Positions 19,305 through 28,596 of a DNA stretch of 64,000 nt are shown piece by piece (the first letter of the stretch is position 1; each line of letters starts with the position of its first letter). Origin of the DNA: a candidate division FCPU426 bacterium (GTDB lineage: Bacteria > Oederibacteriota > PGYV01 > Palsa-1178); NCBI GenBank assembly GCA_963840035.1, contig CAWIXE010000002.1, positions 578,236 to 642,235 on the forward strand, in the 5' to 3' direction. The notes under the pieces are model-generated. The model did not search any database. It was given only the letters and a program-made list of their open reading frames with translations, and was not told the DNA's origin. A program made the translations under genes and the position numbers.

Positions 19305-20909
19305 ATGAGCGTTTTAGATGAAATAAAAAAGAGAAAAACATTTGCAATCATAAGCCATCCTGACGCGGGTAAGACCACGCTTACGGAGAAATTTCTTTTG
19401 TTTGCCGACGCCATTCAGATGGCGGGAGCTGTTAAATCCAGCAAAATAAAGAAAACAACGGTCTCTGACTTCATGGAAATCGAGCGTCAGAGGGGCATAT
19501 CCGTAACTTCGGCTGTCATGAGTTTTGAATACGGCGGCATGAAGATAAACCTGCTGGATACACCCGGCCATAAGGACTTTGCGGAAGACACATACAGGAC
19601 CTTAACCGCCGTGGACAGCGTAATACTTGTTGTCGACAGCGTAAAGGGCGTGGAAGAGCAGACTGAAAAGCTCATGAATGTCTGCAGGATGCGCAATACG
19701 CCTGTAATGATATTTGTGAACAAACTTGACCGCGAGGGCAAAAATCCCATAGACCTGCTTGACGAACTGGAAGACAAACTCAGCATCAAAACAACCCCGA
19801 TGAGCTGGCCCATCAGCAGGGGCGCTTCTTTTAAAGGCGTATACCATTTATATAAAAGAGACCTTCATATTTTCAGGCCGCATGGAAAAGCTGACAGCGA
19901 AGAAACCCTTAAAGTAACCGATATAAAAAGCCCTGTAATAGATGAACATACAGGGGCGGACCTCGCGGCACAGCTGCGTGAAGATGTGGCTTTGGTGGAC
20001 GGCGTATATCCGCCCTTTAACAGGGAATCGTATCTGTCCGGACATCAGGCGCCGGTGTTTTTTGGCAGCGCGCTGAATAATTTCGGGGTAAGGGAACTGC
20101 TTGAGACGTTTGTGGAGCTTGCTCCCGGGCCCGGCAGCATGGAGTCGGATATAAGAATGATAAAACCCGAGGAGGAAACCTTCAGCGGGTTTGTATTCAA
20201 GATTCACGCCAATATAGACCCCAGGCACAGGGACAGGATAGCTTTCTTAAGGATTTGTTCGGGCAGGTTTGAGCGCAACAAGTTCTACCACCATGTGCGC
20301 CTGAATTCTGACGTGCGTTTTTCAAACCCAGCCAGTTTTCTCGGGCAGAAAAAGGATGTCATAGACGAGGCTTTTCCCGGGGATGTCATAGGTTTATACG
20401 ACAGGGATAAATTTAAGATAGGCGACACTATTACTGAAGGCGAAAATATCATGTTCAAGGGCATACCTAAATTTTCACCCGAGATATTTAAAGAACTTGT
20501 GCATACTTCGCTTAAGGCAAAACAGCTAGAAAAAGGAATAAGGCAGCTGACAGATGAGGGCGTAGCACAGCTGTTTTTAATGAAAAATGACAATAAAAAA
20601 ATCGTTGGAACCGTAGGCCAGCTTCAGTTTGACGTCATCCAGTACAGGCTGAAAAATGAATACGGCGCTGACTGCCGTTTTGAGCCGATAAACGCTAAAA
20701 AGGCATGCTGGTTCAAGTCGGATAACAAGGTTAAAATGGAAGAGTTCTGCCAGTACAAAGCAGACAGGATAGGGTACGATAACGAGGAAAATCTGGTGTT
20801 CTTTGCCGAGTCGGAATGGGACCTGGGGTATTACGTTAAGAAATACCCGGAAATAAAATTTTATTTTACATCAGAGTTTAAGGATGAAACAGAAGTAAAA
20901 GCGTATTAA
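19305..20909 (+). CDS. prfC: Peptide chain release factor 3
   Basis: GTPase motifs [24 protein letters not shown] and NKLDR. A length of 534 aa is typical of RF3. Confidence 0.93.
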   Translation: MSVLDEIKKRKTFAIISHPDAGKTTLTEKFLLFADAIQMAGAVKSSKIKKTTVSDFMEIERQRGISVTSAVMSFEYGGMKINLLDTPGHKDFAEDTYRTLTAVDSVILVVDSVKGVEEQTEKLMNVCRMRNTPVMIFVNKLDREGKNPIDLLDELEDKLSIKTTPMSWPISRGASFKGVYHLYKRDLHIFRPHGKADSEETLKVTDIKSPVIDEHTGADLAAQLREDVALVDGVYPPFNRESYLSGHQAPVFFGSALNNFGVRELLETFVELAPGPGSMESDIRMIKPEEETFSGFVFKIHANIDPRHRDRIAFLRICSGRFERNKFYHHVRLNSDVRFSNPASFLGQKKDVIDEAFPGDVIGLYDRDKFKIGDTITEGENIMFKGIPKFSPEIFKELVHTSLKAKQLEKGIRQLTDEGVAQLFLMKNDNKKIVGTVGQLQFDVIQYRLKNEYGADCRFEPINAKKACWFKSDNKVKMEEFCQYKADRIGYDNEENLVFFAESEWDLGYYVKKYPEIKFYFTSEFKDETEVKAY

Positions 20910-20991
20910 ATACGAGAAAAATCACGTCGCATTCACAATCTGTTTAAAAATACATTTTTAACATTATATTATTTTTATAGGTGTGGTTTTG

Positions 20992-21131
20992 TTTTCGTAG
21001 GGGCGAGCCGGTGGCTCGCCCGGCCTTAGATTGTAATGCCGTGTCCATGCGAAATCCATAATTCAACTCCTGTTTATACCCCGAGTCTAAGATCTAAAAC
21101 CGGGCGAGCCACCGGCTCGCCCCTACGAAAA
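20992..21131. repeat. Perfect 32-bp inverted repeat (REP-like doublet) separated by about 76 bp; each arm is itself a 9-bp-stem hairpin
   Basis: ttttcgtaggggcgagccggtggctcgcccgg at 20992-21023 is the exact reverse complement of ccgggcgagccaccggctcgcccctacgaaaa at 21100-21131. Confidence 0.85.
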
Positions 21132-21282
21132 CTTGAGCCTTTAACCACCCGCAATTTACCGCGCCCACTTGAGCCTTGGGCCTCCCAATCCTGCATATCT
21201 ACAAATTATTGTTAAAATTATGCTTGACAAATATGTGATTACATTGTATGCTTTTAGTAATTACAGAATAAAGGAGGGTATT

Positions 21283-21696
21283 ATGAGACAGCAGGTTATT
21301 GACATTGGTAATTCGAAAGGCATCAGGATCCCGCAGGCTATTTTAAAACAGGTGGATTTCGGCGGGGAAATTGACATGGATGTATCGGACGGCAAGATTG
21401 TTTTGCGCAGGACGGTTAATAAGGATCAGGTTTTTGGTTTTGAGACGCTGTCCGAGATGGACGACGCCAGCATCAAGAGGATGATAAAAAAGGTGAACAC
21501 TTCTGACCTGGTTATCTCCTTAATTGACGCGGACAAGATGACTAAAGAGGCGGTTTACCGTAACTTATCAGAACCGGTAAAAGAGCACGTAAAAGTACGG
21601 GTCCACAAGCTGGAAAAGGGAAATGCCCGCGACCTCATCATTGAGAGAAGCAGAAACATGGTCAGCGAAGCGTTTGTGGAACTGCTGCGCGATTAA
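21283..21696 (+). CDS. AbrB/MazE/SpoVT-type (swapped-hairpin) N-terminal domain fused to a FliG C-terminal / MgtE-N-like domain
   Basis: N-terminus MRQQVIDIGNSKGIRIPQAILKQVDFGGEIDMDVSDGKIVL. The C-terminal segment FETLSEMDDASIKRMIKKVNTSDLVISL..KEAVYRNLSE matches the FliG_C pattern FE..L.LDDRSIQ..LREVD..DLA.AL......KEKI..NMS. AGGAGG RBS and a promoter-like TTGACA at 21225. Confidence 0.6.
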   Translation: MRQQVIDIGNSKGIRIPQAILKQVDFGGEIDMDVSDGKIVLRRTVNKDQVFGFETLSEMDDASIKRMIKKVNTSDLVISLIDADKMTKEAVYRNLSEPVKEHVKVRVHKLEKGNARDLIIERSRNMVSEAFVELLRD

Positions 21697-21737
21697 TCAG
21701 TATTTTTGTAATTTAAAAGCGATCATAAGGAGAATAT

Positions 21738-22088
21738 ATGCATCAAATGTCTGATGTGATAAGTACGGGTAAAATCCACCAATACTTTTTATTGCATAAA
21801 AAAAGAAAGGTCCTGAATGATGTGGACTGGACTGAGGCATTTGAATCACTCGGACATATGAGTTCCGCCGGTATTAAGGAAGTGTTGGAAAAAGTTGGTT
21901 TTGATGACATAATAATCGCTCTTGCCGGAACCACGCCTGCCGTTAAGGAGACTATCCTGGCACAAATGCCTGACCGCTTAAGGCACGTAGCAGGGACTTG
22001 CGCATCCAGTATAGCTTTTTGTGATATTCCAAAAAAAACCATAATAAAGAGCATGCGCGTGGTGGTAGACGCGATGCTGTCAGCCTGA
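21738..22088 (+). CDS. Small FliG C-terminal / MgtE-N-like domain protein
   Basis: FESLGHMSSAGIKEVLEKVGFDDIIIALAGTTPAVKETILAQMPDRLR has the same FliG_C signature positions. GGAG RBS. Confidence 0.55.
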   Translation: MHQMSDVISTGKIHQYFLLHKKRKVLNDVDWTEAFESLGHMSSAGIKEVLEKVGFDDIIIALAGTTPAVKETILAQMPDRLRHVAGTCASSIAFCDIPKKTIIKSMRVVVDAMLSA

Positions 22089-22188
22089 AATATATAACCG
22101 TAAAACAAATTCCCGCACGCTCGAATCTCATAAAATCATAATTCGTACCCACGGCGTTACGCCATAAGTGTCAGCGTCCTCAAACTGT

Positions 22189-22221
22189 TTCACAAATTGG
22201 GGTCTGACCCCGATTTGTGAA
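22189..22221. promoter_or_regulatory. 14-bp-arm palindrome (candidate operator) upstream of the xylBA promoter
   Basis: ttcacaaattgggg-tctga-ccccgatttgtgaa has one mismatch between arms and lies about 100 bp upstream of the xylB start. Confidence 0.45.
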
Positions 22222-22262
22222 TTAGAACCGGGGCCGCACTTACTATACATCCAATAATTATG

Positions 22263-22310
22263 TTGACACCCCATAATACTTCTTATAAAATTGTATGTAT
22301 ATTAATACGG
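22263..22310 (+). promoter_or_regulatory. Sigma70-like promoter for xylB-xylA
   Basis: TTGACA at 22263, then TATAAA/TATATT -10 candidates 15-17 nt downstream, then a GGAGG RBS. Confidence 0.45.
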
Positions 22311-22318
22311 AGGTACAC

Positions 22319-23806
22319 GTGAACCTAATCGGATATGATATTGGAAGTTCATCAATAAAAGGGACTATCATTAACGCGCAGACCGGTAAAGTCATTGCGT
22401 CAGCGTTTTATCCCCATAAGGAAATGGAGATAATAGCAAAAAAGGCCGGATGGGCCGAGCAGGACCCGGAACTCTGGTGGAAAAATCTCATATTAGTTAC
22501 TTCCGCGCTGAAGAAAAAGGCGGGAAACGCCCTGAAAGAAATAAAGGCAGTCGGCATATCCTATCAAATGCATGGCCTGGTATGCGTTGATAAAAATCAA
22601 AAACCCTTAAGGCCTTCCATAATTTGGTGCGACAGCAGGGCGGTCATGCTTGGCGATAAAGCCGCTAAAAAAATTGGGGAAAATACATCCTTAAAACACC
22701 ACTTAAACCTTCCCGGTAATTTTACCGCGGCAAAGCTAGCCTGGGTGAAGGAAAACAAACCCGCGATTTATAATAAAATTTACAAAGTAATGCTGCCCGG
22801 GGATTATATTGCCATGAAGTTAAGCGGGGGCATAGCGACCAGCGACTCGGGGTTATCGGAAGGCATATTCTGGGATTATCAGAAATCCGCTCCTTCAAAA
22901 CTTATCCTTAGCGCGTTTGGAATTGATGAAAAGCTGCTCGCTGATTACGCGCCATGTTTTTCAATACGCGGTGAAGTATCCCGCGAAGCGTCTGCCGCGC
23001 TTGGAATCCCCGCCGGAGCCAAAATATCGTACAGGTCCGGGGACCAGCCCAATAACGCGTTTTCGCTAAACGTCCTTGAGCCCGGAGAACTTGCCGCGAC
23101 CGCCGGGACATCGGGTGTTGTTTACGGCGTCTCGGATAAGCCTTCATATGACATTAAATCAAGGGTCAATACTTTTATACATGTAAATAATTCCAAGGGA
23201 TATCCCAGATACGGAACACTGATGTGTTTAAACGGAACGGGAATACTTAACAGCTGGATGAAAAAGAACGTGGCAGGCGGGATTGATTACCCGGAAATGA
23301 ACACTCTCGCCGCGGGTGTAAAGCCCGGTTCTGAAGGTGTTTTTATACATCCTTACGGCAACGGAGCTGAGAGGACGCTGGAAAACATGTGTCCCGGCGC
23401 GTCAATCACCGGATTAAGCCTGACAACGCATACGAAGGCGCACCTTATGAGGGCGTCGCAGGAAGGCATAGTATACGCGCTGAACTATGGCGTCGGCATC
23501 ATGAAACAGATGGGGATAAAAGTGAAAAAGGTCAGGGCCGGTAACGCGAACATGTTCTTAAGCCCTGTATTCAGGGAAATATTCGCAGCGGTAACAGGCG
23601 CTGTAGTGGAACTTTACGACACTGACGGGTCGCAGGGCGCGGCGCGCGGCGCGGGAATTGGCGCGGGTATATATAAGGACAACAAAGACGCTTTTACCGG
23701 GCTTAAGGCGCTGAAAGTGATAACACCGGATAAGAAACTTGTAAAGTTTTATTCCGGGGCTTACGCGCGCTGGAAAGAAATGCTTGAGGATATGAAAAAG
23801 GCTTAA
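22319..23806 (+). CDS. xylB: FGGY-family carbohydrate kinase, probably xylulokinase
   Basis: N-terminal LIGYDIGSSSIKG and the FGGY C-terminal region GSQGAARGAGIGAGI. Sits immediately upstream of xylose isomerase. GTG start after GGAGG. Confidence 0.75.
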   Translation: MNLIGYDIGSSSIKGTIINAQTGKVIASAFYPHKEMEIIAKKAGWAEQDPELWWKNLILVTSALKKKAGNALKEIKAVGISYQMHGLVCVDKNQKPLRPSIIWCDSRAVMLGDKAAKKIGENTSLKHHLNLPGNFTAAKLAWVKENKPAIYNKIYKVMLPGDYIAMKLSGGIATSDSGLSEGIFWDYQKSAPSKLILSAFGIDEKLLADYAPCFSIRGEVSREASAALGIPAGAKISYRSGDQPNNAFSLNVLEPGELAATAGTSGVVYGVSDKPSYDIKSRVNTFIHVNNSKGYPRYGTLMCLNGTGILNSWMKKNVAGGIDYPEMNTLAAGVKPGSEGVFIHPYGNGAERTLENMCPGASITGLSLTTHTKAHLMRASQEGIVYALNYGVGIMKQMGIKVKKVRAGNANMFLSPVFREIFAAVTGAVVELYDTDGSQGAARGAGIGAGIYKDNKDAFTGLKALKVITPDKKLVKFYSGAYARWKEMLEDMKKA

Positions 23807-23830
23807 ATGCCAAAATAACAGGAGGATGAA

Positions 23831-24955
23831 ATGGAAAAGAGTTTTCATTCAATTTGTAAGTGGACTTTTAACGCGGGCAAAGGCGGTTTCGTGCCAAACA
23901 ATATGAGGCCGGAATGGTCGGGAGATAACCTGGATACCGTGGGCATCATAAAAATCATAAAAGACAAAGTGGCGCCAAGGCTTCCGAATAACGTCGTGCT
24001 TGGTTTTGAGGCGCATTACGACGGCGAATATAATGAAGACAACGCGGCTGATATAGCGGACGCGCTTGTTGACGCGGGAATGTACCTGGCTATGGCTACT
24101 CCGGGAGCTCACAGCAGGTTCGCGTACGGCGGGATATCGTCGCTTGACGCAAATGAAAGGGCGCGCGCGTGTGAGTTCGGGGAAAGATCGTTAAAACTGG
24201 TGTACGGCCCGCTTAAAAAAGCATGGCACCCGAAAAAGCAGCCTACGTTTGTCCTGTGGAACGGTTCTTTTGGATACGATGTAGCCACAGTGGGCATAGG
24301 GCGCATGTATAAGTATTTAAAGGAAAATGTGGCGGGACTCTGCAAGCTTGAAAAGAAATTAGGCGGCAAGATGATGCTGGCAATAGAGCCAAAACCAAAC
24401 GAAGGCCATCCTGCTATGCTTCTGCCAACAGTGGCAAGCGCGATAATTTTCTGGAAAAAACTCGGAGAGGAATTCGGAATTGACGTAAAGCGCACCGGGG
24501 TTAACAAGGAATTCGGCCACTCGGAAATGATAGGCCTGGACCATGTTTATGATACAGTGGAGGAAATAGACAATTCCATGCTTGTACACATGCACTTAAA
24601 CAGCCAGGGTTATAACGACGGCATAATCATGGGCGGACCGGGAAAGTATGACATAGACAACGGAGCCAGGATTAACGGCATGAACATAGCCATTGCCGGG
24701 CTCATACAGGACGCCGGATATTCAAGGTGGAAGGGCCATGACATGCAGCCGCGCGCGTATGATAATGAGGAGCAGGCCATAGACAGGGTTGTGCGCTCAG
24801 TCCTTTCGTGGGAAGCGTGCGAAACAGCAGCCAGGAATATTGATTACAAGAATCTTAATAAAGCGCTCAATAACCGCGAAACAGCAAAAGCTGAGGATGT
24901 CATGAGGCACGCGGTAGTCGACGCGCAGAAAATATTTGACCGGCTTTACAAGTAG
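23831..24955 (+). CDS. xylA: Xylose isomerase (short, class I/actinobacterial-type)
   Basis: KWTFNAGKGGF resembles the N-terminus of class I xylose isomerases. The metal-site motif IEPKPNEGHPAMLLPTV matches the class I XI consensus FAIEPKPNEPRGDILLPTV. HSEMIGLD is also present. Confidence 0.85.
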   Translation: MEKSFHSICKWTFNAGKGGFVPNNMRPEWSGDNLDTVGIIKIIKDKVAPRLPNNVVLGFEAHYDGEYNEDNAADIADALVDAGMYLAMATPGAHSRFAYGGISSLDANERARACEFGERSLKLVYGPLKKAWHPKKQPTFVLWNGSFGYDVATVGIGRMYKYLKENVAGLCKLEKKLGGKMMLAIEPKPNEGHPAMLLPTVASAIIFWKKLGEEFGIDVKRTGVNKEFGHSEMIGLDHVYDTVEEIDNSMLVHMHLNSQGYNDGIIMGGPGKYDIDNGARINGMNIAIAGLIQDAGYSRWKGHDMQPRAYDNEEQAIDRVVRSVLSWEACETAARNIDYKNLNKALNNRETAKAEDVMRHAVVDAQKIFDRLYK

Positions 24956-24962
24956 GCCCCGG

Positions 24963-26414
24963 ATGATAAAAAAACTGGCGGTATTGGCTCTACTTGCCGG
25001 GGCGTTGGCCATGATTTTAGGATGCGCCGTCCCAATAACCATTAAAGAGGTAAAACCTGTGACTGATGGGCCTGTAAAACCGCTTGAAGAATTACAGAGG
25101 GATTTCGCGGAACTGCGTTATGGTATGTTCATTCATTTTGGCATACTGACATACACGGGTTCCTGGTCGCAGAAAAACCTTGATATCAGCAAATTCAACC
25201 CGGAAAACCTTGACTGCGGCCAGTGGGCTTACGCGGCAAAAGCAGGGGGCATGAAGTTCGGCGTGCTCACAACAAAACATCACGACGGTTTCGCGCTATG
25301 GCCTACACAAACAAGCGATTTTTCCGTTAAGGCAATCCCGTGGCGCGGCGGCAAGGGCGACGTGGTCAGGGAGTTTGTGGACGCGTTCAGGGCAAAAGGC
25401 CTCCAGCCGGGATTATATTACTCGGTATGGGATAATACAAAGGGAATCGGCAACAAGCCGGTTACCGAAGCTGACATAGAGTACGTCGAAGAACAGCTTA
25501 AAGAACTGCTGACAAATTACGGGCCAATTCCGTTGCTCGTCCTTGACGGTTATTCCTGGAAAATGGGGCACAAAGCAATACCATACGACAGGCTCAGGGC
25601 GTTCATCAAGTCGCTGCAGCCAAACTGCCTCGTAATAGACCACACGCATCTGCAGTGCCTGTATGACAATGACCTTGCTGTGTTTGAAGAGCCCAAAGGG
25701 GTCTTCGCGCCAAAAGGTAACAAAGTGGCATCGGCGCAGGACCAAAAAATCATCGGCGGCAATGACTGGTTCTGGGGGCCGTCGACCGAAATGGAAAATC
25801 CGATGAGTTTAAAGGACCTGGTTGAAGGCCACCTGATACCGCTTGAGGAAAGATACGCGGTATTCATATTAAACTGCCCGCCGAACAGGCAAGGGCTGAT
25901 GGATGGCAAGATAGTTACAAGGCTTGCTGAAGCAGGCGCAAAATGGAAACCCAATATGAAAAGAAAACCGCTGCCAGCGCAGGGCCCGCAGAACGAACTG
26001 CCTGTTACGCCCGAGAGCGCCGCGGCCACAAGCGGGAACGCGTCATTTGCCATAGACGCTATAAACGATTCGTATTTCTATTCAGTCTGGGAATCAGACA
26101 AACAGCTCCCGCAGTCGATTACTTTAGACCTGGGAAAATCATATCCTGACATAGGGGTGCTGTGTTATGTGCCAAAGTACATAACAGTGGAGAAACCCAC
26201 TGACGAAGGTGCCATAACTTCCTATGAAATATCGGTAAGCGTTGACAATGCTGATTTCAAGAAGGTGGCTGCAGGCAAATGGGCCGCTGATTCAGCCATG
26301 AAAACCGTTGCTTTTGGGGCAGTGCAGGCAAGGTATGTAAGGCTTACCGCTGTTTCCGCCAAAGATGGTTTCGCCGCGGCTACGGAAATCAGCGTCGGCA
26401 GGGCAATGAAATAG
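24963..26414 (+). CDS. GH29 alpha-L-fucosidase lipoprotein with a C-terminal F5/8-type C (discoidin/CBM32-like) domain
   Basis: Lipobox ILGCAV. GH29 core YGMFIHFGILTY...KHHDGFALWPT...YYSVWD. The C-terminal ~100 aa is proposed as a discoidin-type CBM. Confidence 0.85.
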   Translation: MIKKLAVLALLAGALAMILGCAVPITIKEVKPVTDGPVKPLEELQRDFAELRYGMFIHFGILTYTGSWSQKNLDISKFNPENLDCGQWAYAAKAGGMKFGVLTTKHHDGFALWPTQTSDFSVKAIPWRGGKGDVVREFVDAFRAKGLQPGLYYSVWDNTKGIGNKPVTEADIEYVEEQLKELLTNYGPIPLLVLDGYSWKMGHKAIPYDRLRAFIKSLQPNCLVIDHTHLQCLYDNDLAVFEEPKGVFAPKGNKVASAQDQKIIGGNDWFWGPSTEMENPMSLKDLVEGHLIPLEERYAVFILNCPPNRQGLMDGKIVTRLAEAGAKWKPNMKRKPLPAQGPQNELPVTPESAAATSGNASFAIDAINDSYFYSVWESDKQLPQSITLDLGKSYPDIGVLCYVPKYITVEKPTDEGAITSYEISVSVDNADFKKVAAGKWAADSAMKTVAFGAVQARYVRLTAVSAKDGFAAATEISVGRAMK

Positions 26415-26448
26415 AATTCGGATAATTTATGGGGGTTGTTTCATAAAA

Positions 26449-26477
26449 CGGTTGACTTAAAAGGCTTTTTCAGTATA
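26449..26477 (+). promoter_or_regulatory. Near-consensus sigma70 promoter
   Basis: TTGACT, a 17-nt spacer, then TATAAT. Confidence 0.6.
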
Positions 26478-26560
26478 ATTAGTGTAATTAGGGTTCACGT
26501 TTACCCTGAATGATGAAACGTATAAAAGAAAGATATTCTATTAAATTTAAGGAGGATAAG

Positions 26561-27199
26561 ATGAAAAAAGTTTTAACGGTTTTTGCAGTATGTGTAATTG
26601 TTCTTGTTCTGGGTTTTTCAGTAGGATGCAAAAAAGCGGCAACAAGCAACCCGACACCGGAACCCACGCCGGTACCGACAGTTGTATTAGAAGATTTTGC
26701 GACAGCAGACCTGGGAACCAACGCGTTTAACGGCGCGTGGTTCGGTTACAGCAAGTTTGATACGAACAAAACAGACGATCCTTATGGTTTTGGCGTACTG
26801 GCGCCCGGATATGATTTCACCGGATATGCCGCGTACCTTACAGCAACCGTTGGAACAGTTTTAGGAGCTTATGGCGTGTGGTTTGGCTGCAATGTGTCAT
26901 CAACCGCCTCGGCAAATATTTCACAATATACCGGGATAAAGTTCTACGTAAAAGAGTCTGGCGGAGCAAACTGTAAGATTTCGGTCCTATCGGACCTGAC
27001 ATCAAAAAATTACCAGTATACATTTACAACTACGTCAAACTGGGCGCTTGTGACTGTCCCGTTCTCTTCGTTGACTCAGGAAACCACGGATTCGGTGACA
27101 ATCAATGATGTGCTCGGTACGGCAACAAGGATACTCTGGTCGAATGGTACAAAACCCCAGACACTTTATCTCTATCTGGATCAAATTGTACTCTATTAA
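26561..27199 (+). CDS. Small surface lipoprotein with a beta-sandwich, CBM-like domain; hypothetical
   Basis: Lipobox LGFSVGCKK, a Pro/Thr linker PTPEPTPVPT and an aromatic-rich, Gly-rich beta-strand pattern. AGGAGG RBS. Confidence 0.5.
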   Translation: MKKVLTVFAVCVIVLVLGFSVGCKKAATSNPTPEPTPVPTVVLEDFATADLGTNAFNGAWFGYSKFDTNKTDDPYGFGVLAPGYDFTGYAAYLTATVGTVLGAYGVWFGCNVSSTASANISQYTGIKFYVKESGGANCKISVLSDLTSKNYQYTFTTTSNWALVTVPFSSLTQETTDSVTINDVLGTATRILWSNGTKPQTLYLYLDQIVLY

Positions 27200-27208
27200 A
27201 ATGTGATA

Positions 27209-27245
27209 AAGCGGGGAGCTGAAAAGCTCCCCGCTTTAATTTTTG
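27209..27245 (+). terminator. Rho-independent terminator
   Basis: aagcggggagc-tgaaa-gctccccgctt followed by taattttt. Confidence 0.8.
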
Positions 27246-27253
27246 GAGGGATA

Positions 27254-28555
27254 ATGAAAAAAATAACCGCAATCATAATACCGGCCTTAATTACTGCCCT
27301 GCTTTTATCCGCGTGCGCGAAGAAACAGGAAAAGATACGCGTCATGCACTGGGGCGATGTCATAGAAATGGGCAACGTCAATACCATAATAAAAGATATT
27401 AAAAAAACAAAAGGCATCGATGTTATCCAGGAACGCGCGCCGGCCGGCAACTCTTATATGGAAAAAATACTCACACAGGCGGCCGCGGGCATGGCGCCTG
27501 ATATTGTTTTTGTTGAAGTAAGCAATTTTAAGGACCTCTACGACAGGGGGCTGCTGCTTGACCTCGGGCCTTTCATGGAAAAAGACGCCGCTAAAGAGCT
27601 TGACCTGAAGGCGTATTACCCGGAAATAGTGGACAGGTTCACCATTGATAATAAATTATACGTAATACCCAGGGACATAGCGCCGATATGCGTTATATAT
27701 TACAACAAGAAAGTATTTAATGACGCGGGAATCAAATATCCCAAAGACAACTGGAACTGGGCTGAATTCCTCGATACCGCAACAAAACTGGTAAAAAAGG
27801 AAGGCAATAAAATTACACGCTATGGCTTCCTTGATGAGTGGACCATATGGGACGCCTGGGTATATTCTAACGGAGGCGCGCTGGTGGACAATGTAAAAAA
27901 ACCCACGAAGTGCGTCCTTGATTCGCCTGAGGCAATAGAGGGCATGCAGTTCAGGGCAGACCTTTCATATAAGTATAAGGTCGCGCCTGAACCCTCGGTA
28001 GTGGCGCAGTCATCGCAGGGATGGTACGGGACAGCGGGCATGTTCGTAAACGGACAGGTCGGCATGTTTTATACCGGCTACTGGAAATCAAGCTTTTTCA
28101 GACAGCAGCAGGACCTGGACTGGGATATTGTGATGTTCCCGAAAGGTCCAAAAGGCAAAAGGGCCTTCCCGACAGGCGGTTCAGGATATGCCATAACAAG
28201 CCAGTGCAAGAATCCCGCGGCAGCCTGGGAAGTATTGAAAAAACTCGCGGGCGAAGAGGGGCAGAAGGTGCTCGCAAGCCAGGGCGGCCTGCAGCCCGCG
28301 ATAATCAAGCTGGCTGAATCAAAGCAGTTTATGGATGATAATAAACCGGTAAATAAGAAGATAATGCTTGAGGCTGTAAAATACATAGTATTCAGCCCGC
28401 TTTTAAAGACGTGGGACGAGATAAACATAGCCCAGCTCGGGCCTGTCCTTGACGACGTATGGAGCGGCAAATCAACGGCTGAAAAGGCGATGAAAAAAAT
28501 AGTGCCGAAGATAAATAAGGAATTTTTTCCCGTTAAAAAAGAAGAGAAAAAATAA
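27254..28555 (+). CDS. ABC transporter sugar-binding lipoprotein (family 1 extracellular solute-binding protein); no permease genes are adjacent
   Basis: Lipobox LLSACAKK. A length of about 430 aa and the MalE/SBP_bac_1 fold pattern (KYPKDNWNWAEF, WGEP-like aromatic patches). Confidence 0.75.
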   Translation: MKKITAIIIPALITALLLSACAKKQEKIRVMHWGDVIEMGNVNTIIKDIKKTKGIDVIQERAPAGNSYMEKILTQAAAGMAPDIVFVEVSNFKDLYDRGLLLDLGPFMEKDAAKELDLKAYYPEIVDRFTIDNKLYVIPRDIAPICVIYYNKKVFNDAGIKYPKDNWNWAEFLDTATKLVKKEGNKITRYGFLDEWTIWDAWVYSNGGALVDNVKKPTKCVLDSPEAIEGMQFRADLSYKYKVAPEPSVVAQSSQGWYGTAGMFVNGQVGMFYTGYWKSSFFRQQQDLDWDIVMFPKGPKGKRAFPTGGSGYAITSQCKNPAAAWEVLKKLAGEEGQKVLASQGGLQPAIIKLAESKQFMDDNKPVNKKIMLEAVKYIVFSPLLKTWDEINIAQLGPVLDDVWSGKSTAEKAMKKIVPKINKEFFPVKKEEKK

Positions 28556-28596
28556 GCCGTTTTAAAATTCGACACCACTTTGAGGGAAGGAATTTA

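Noticed and set aside
21169-21282. Upstream extension of the AbrB/FliG-C-like ORF (ORF-track start at 21169)
   Set aside because: The extension runs through the promoter-like TTGACA..TATGCT, and the AGGAGG RBS sits directly before the internal ATG at 21283.
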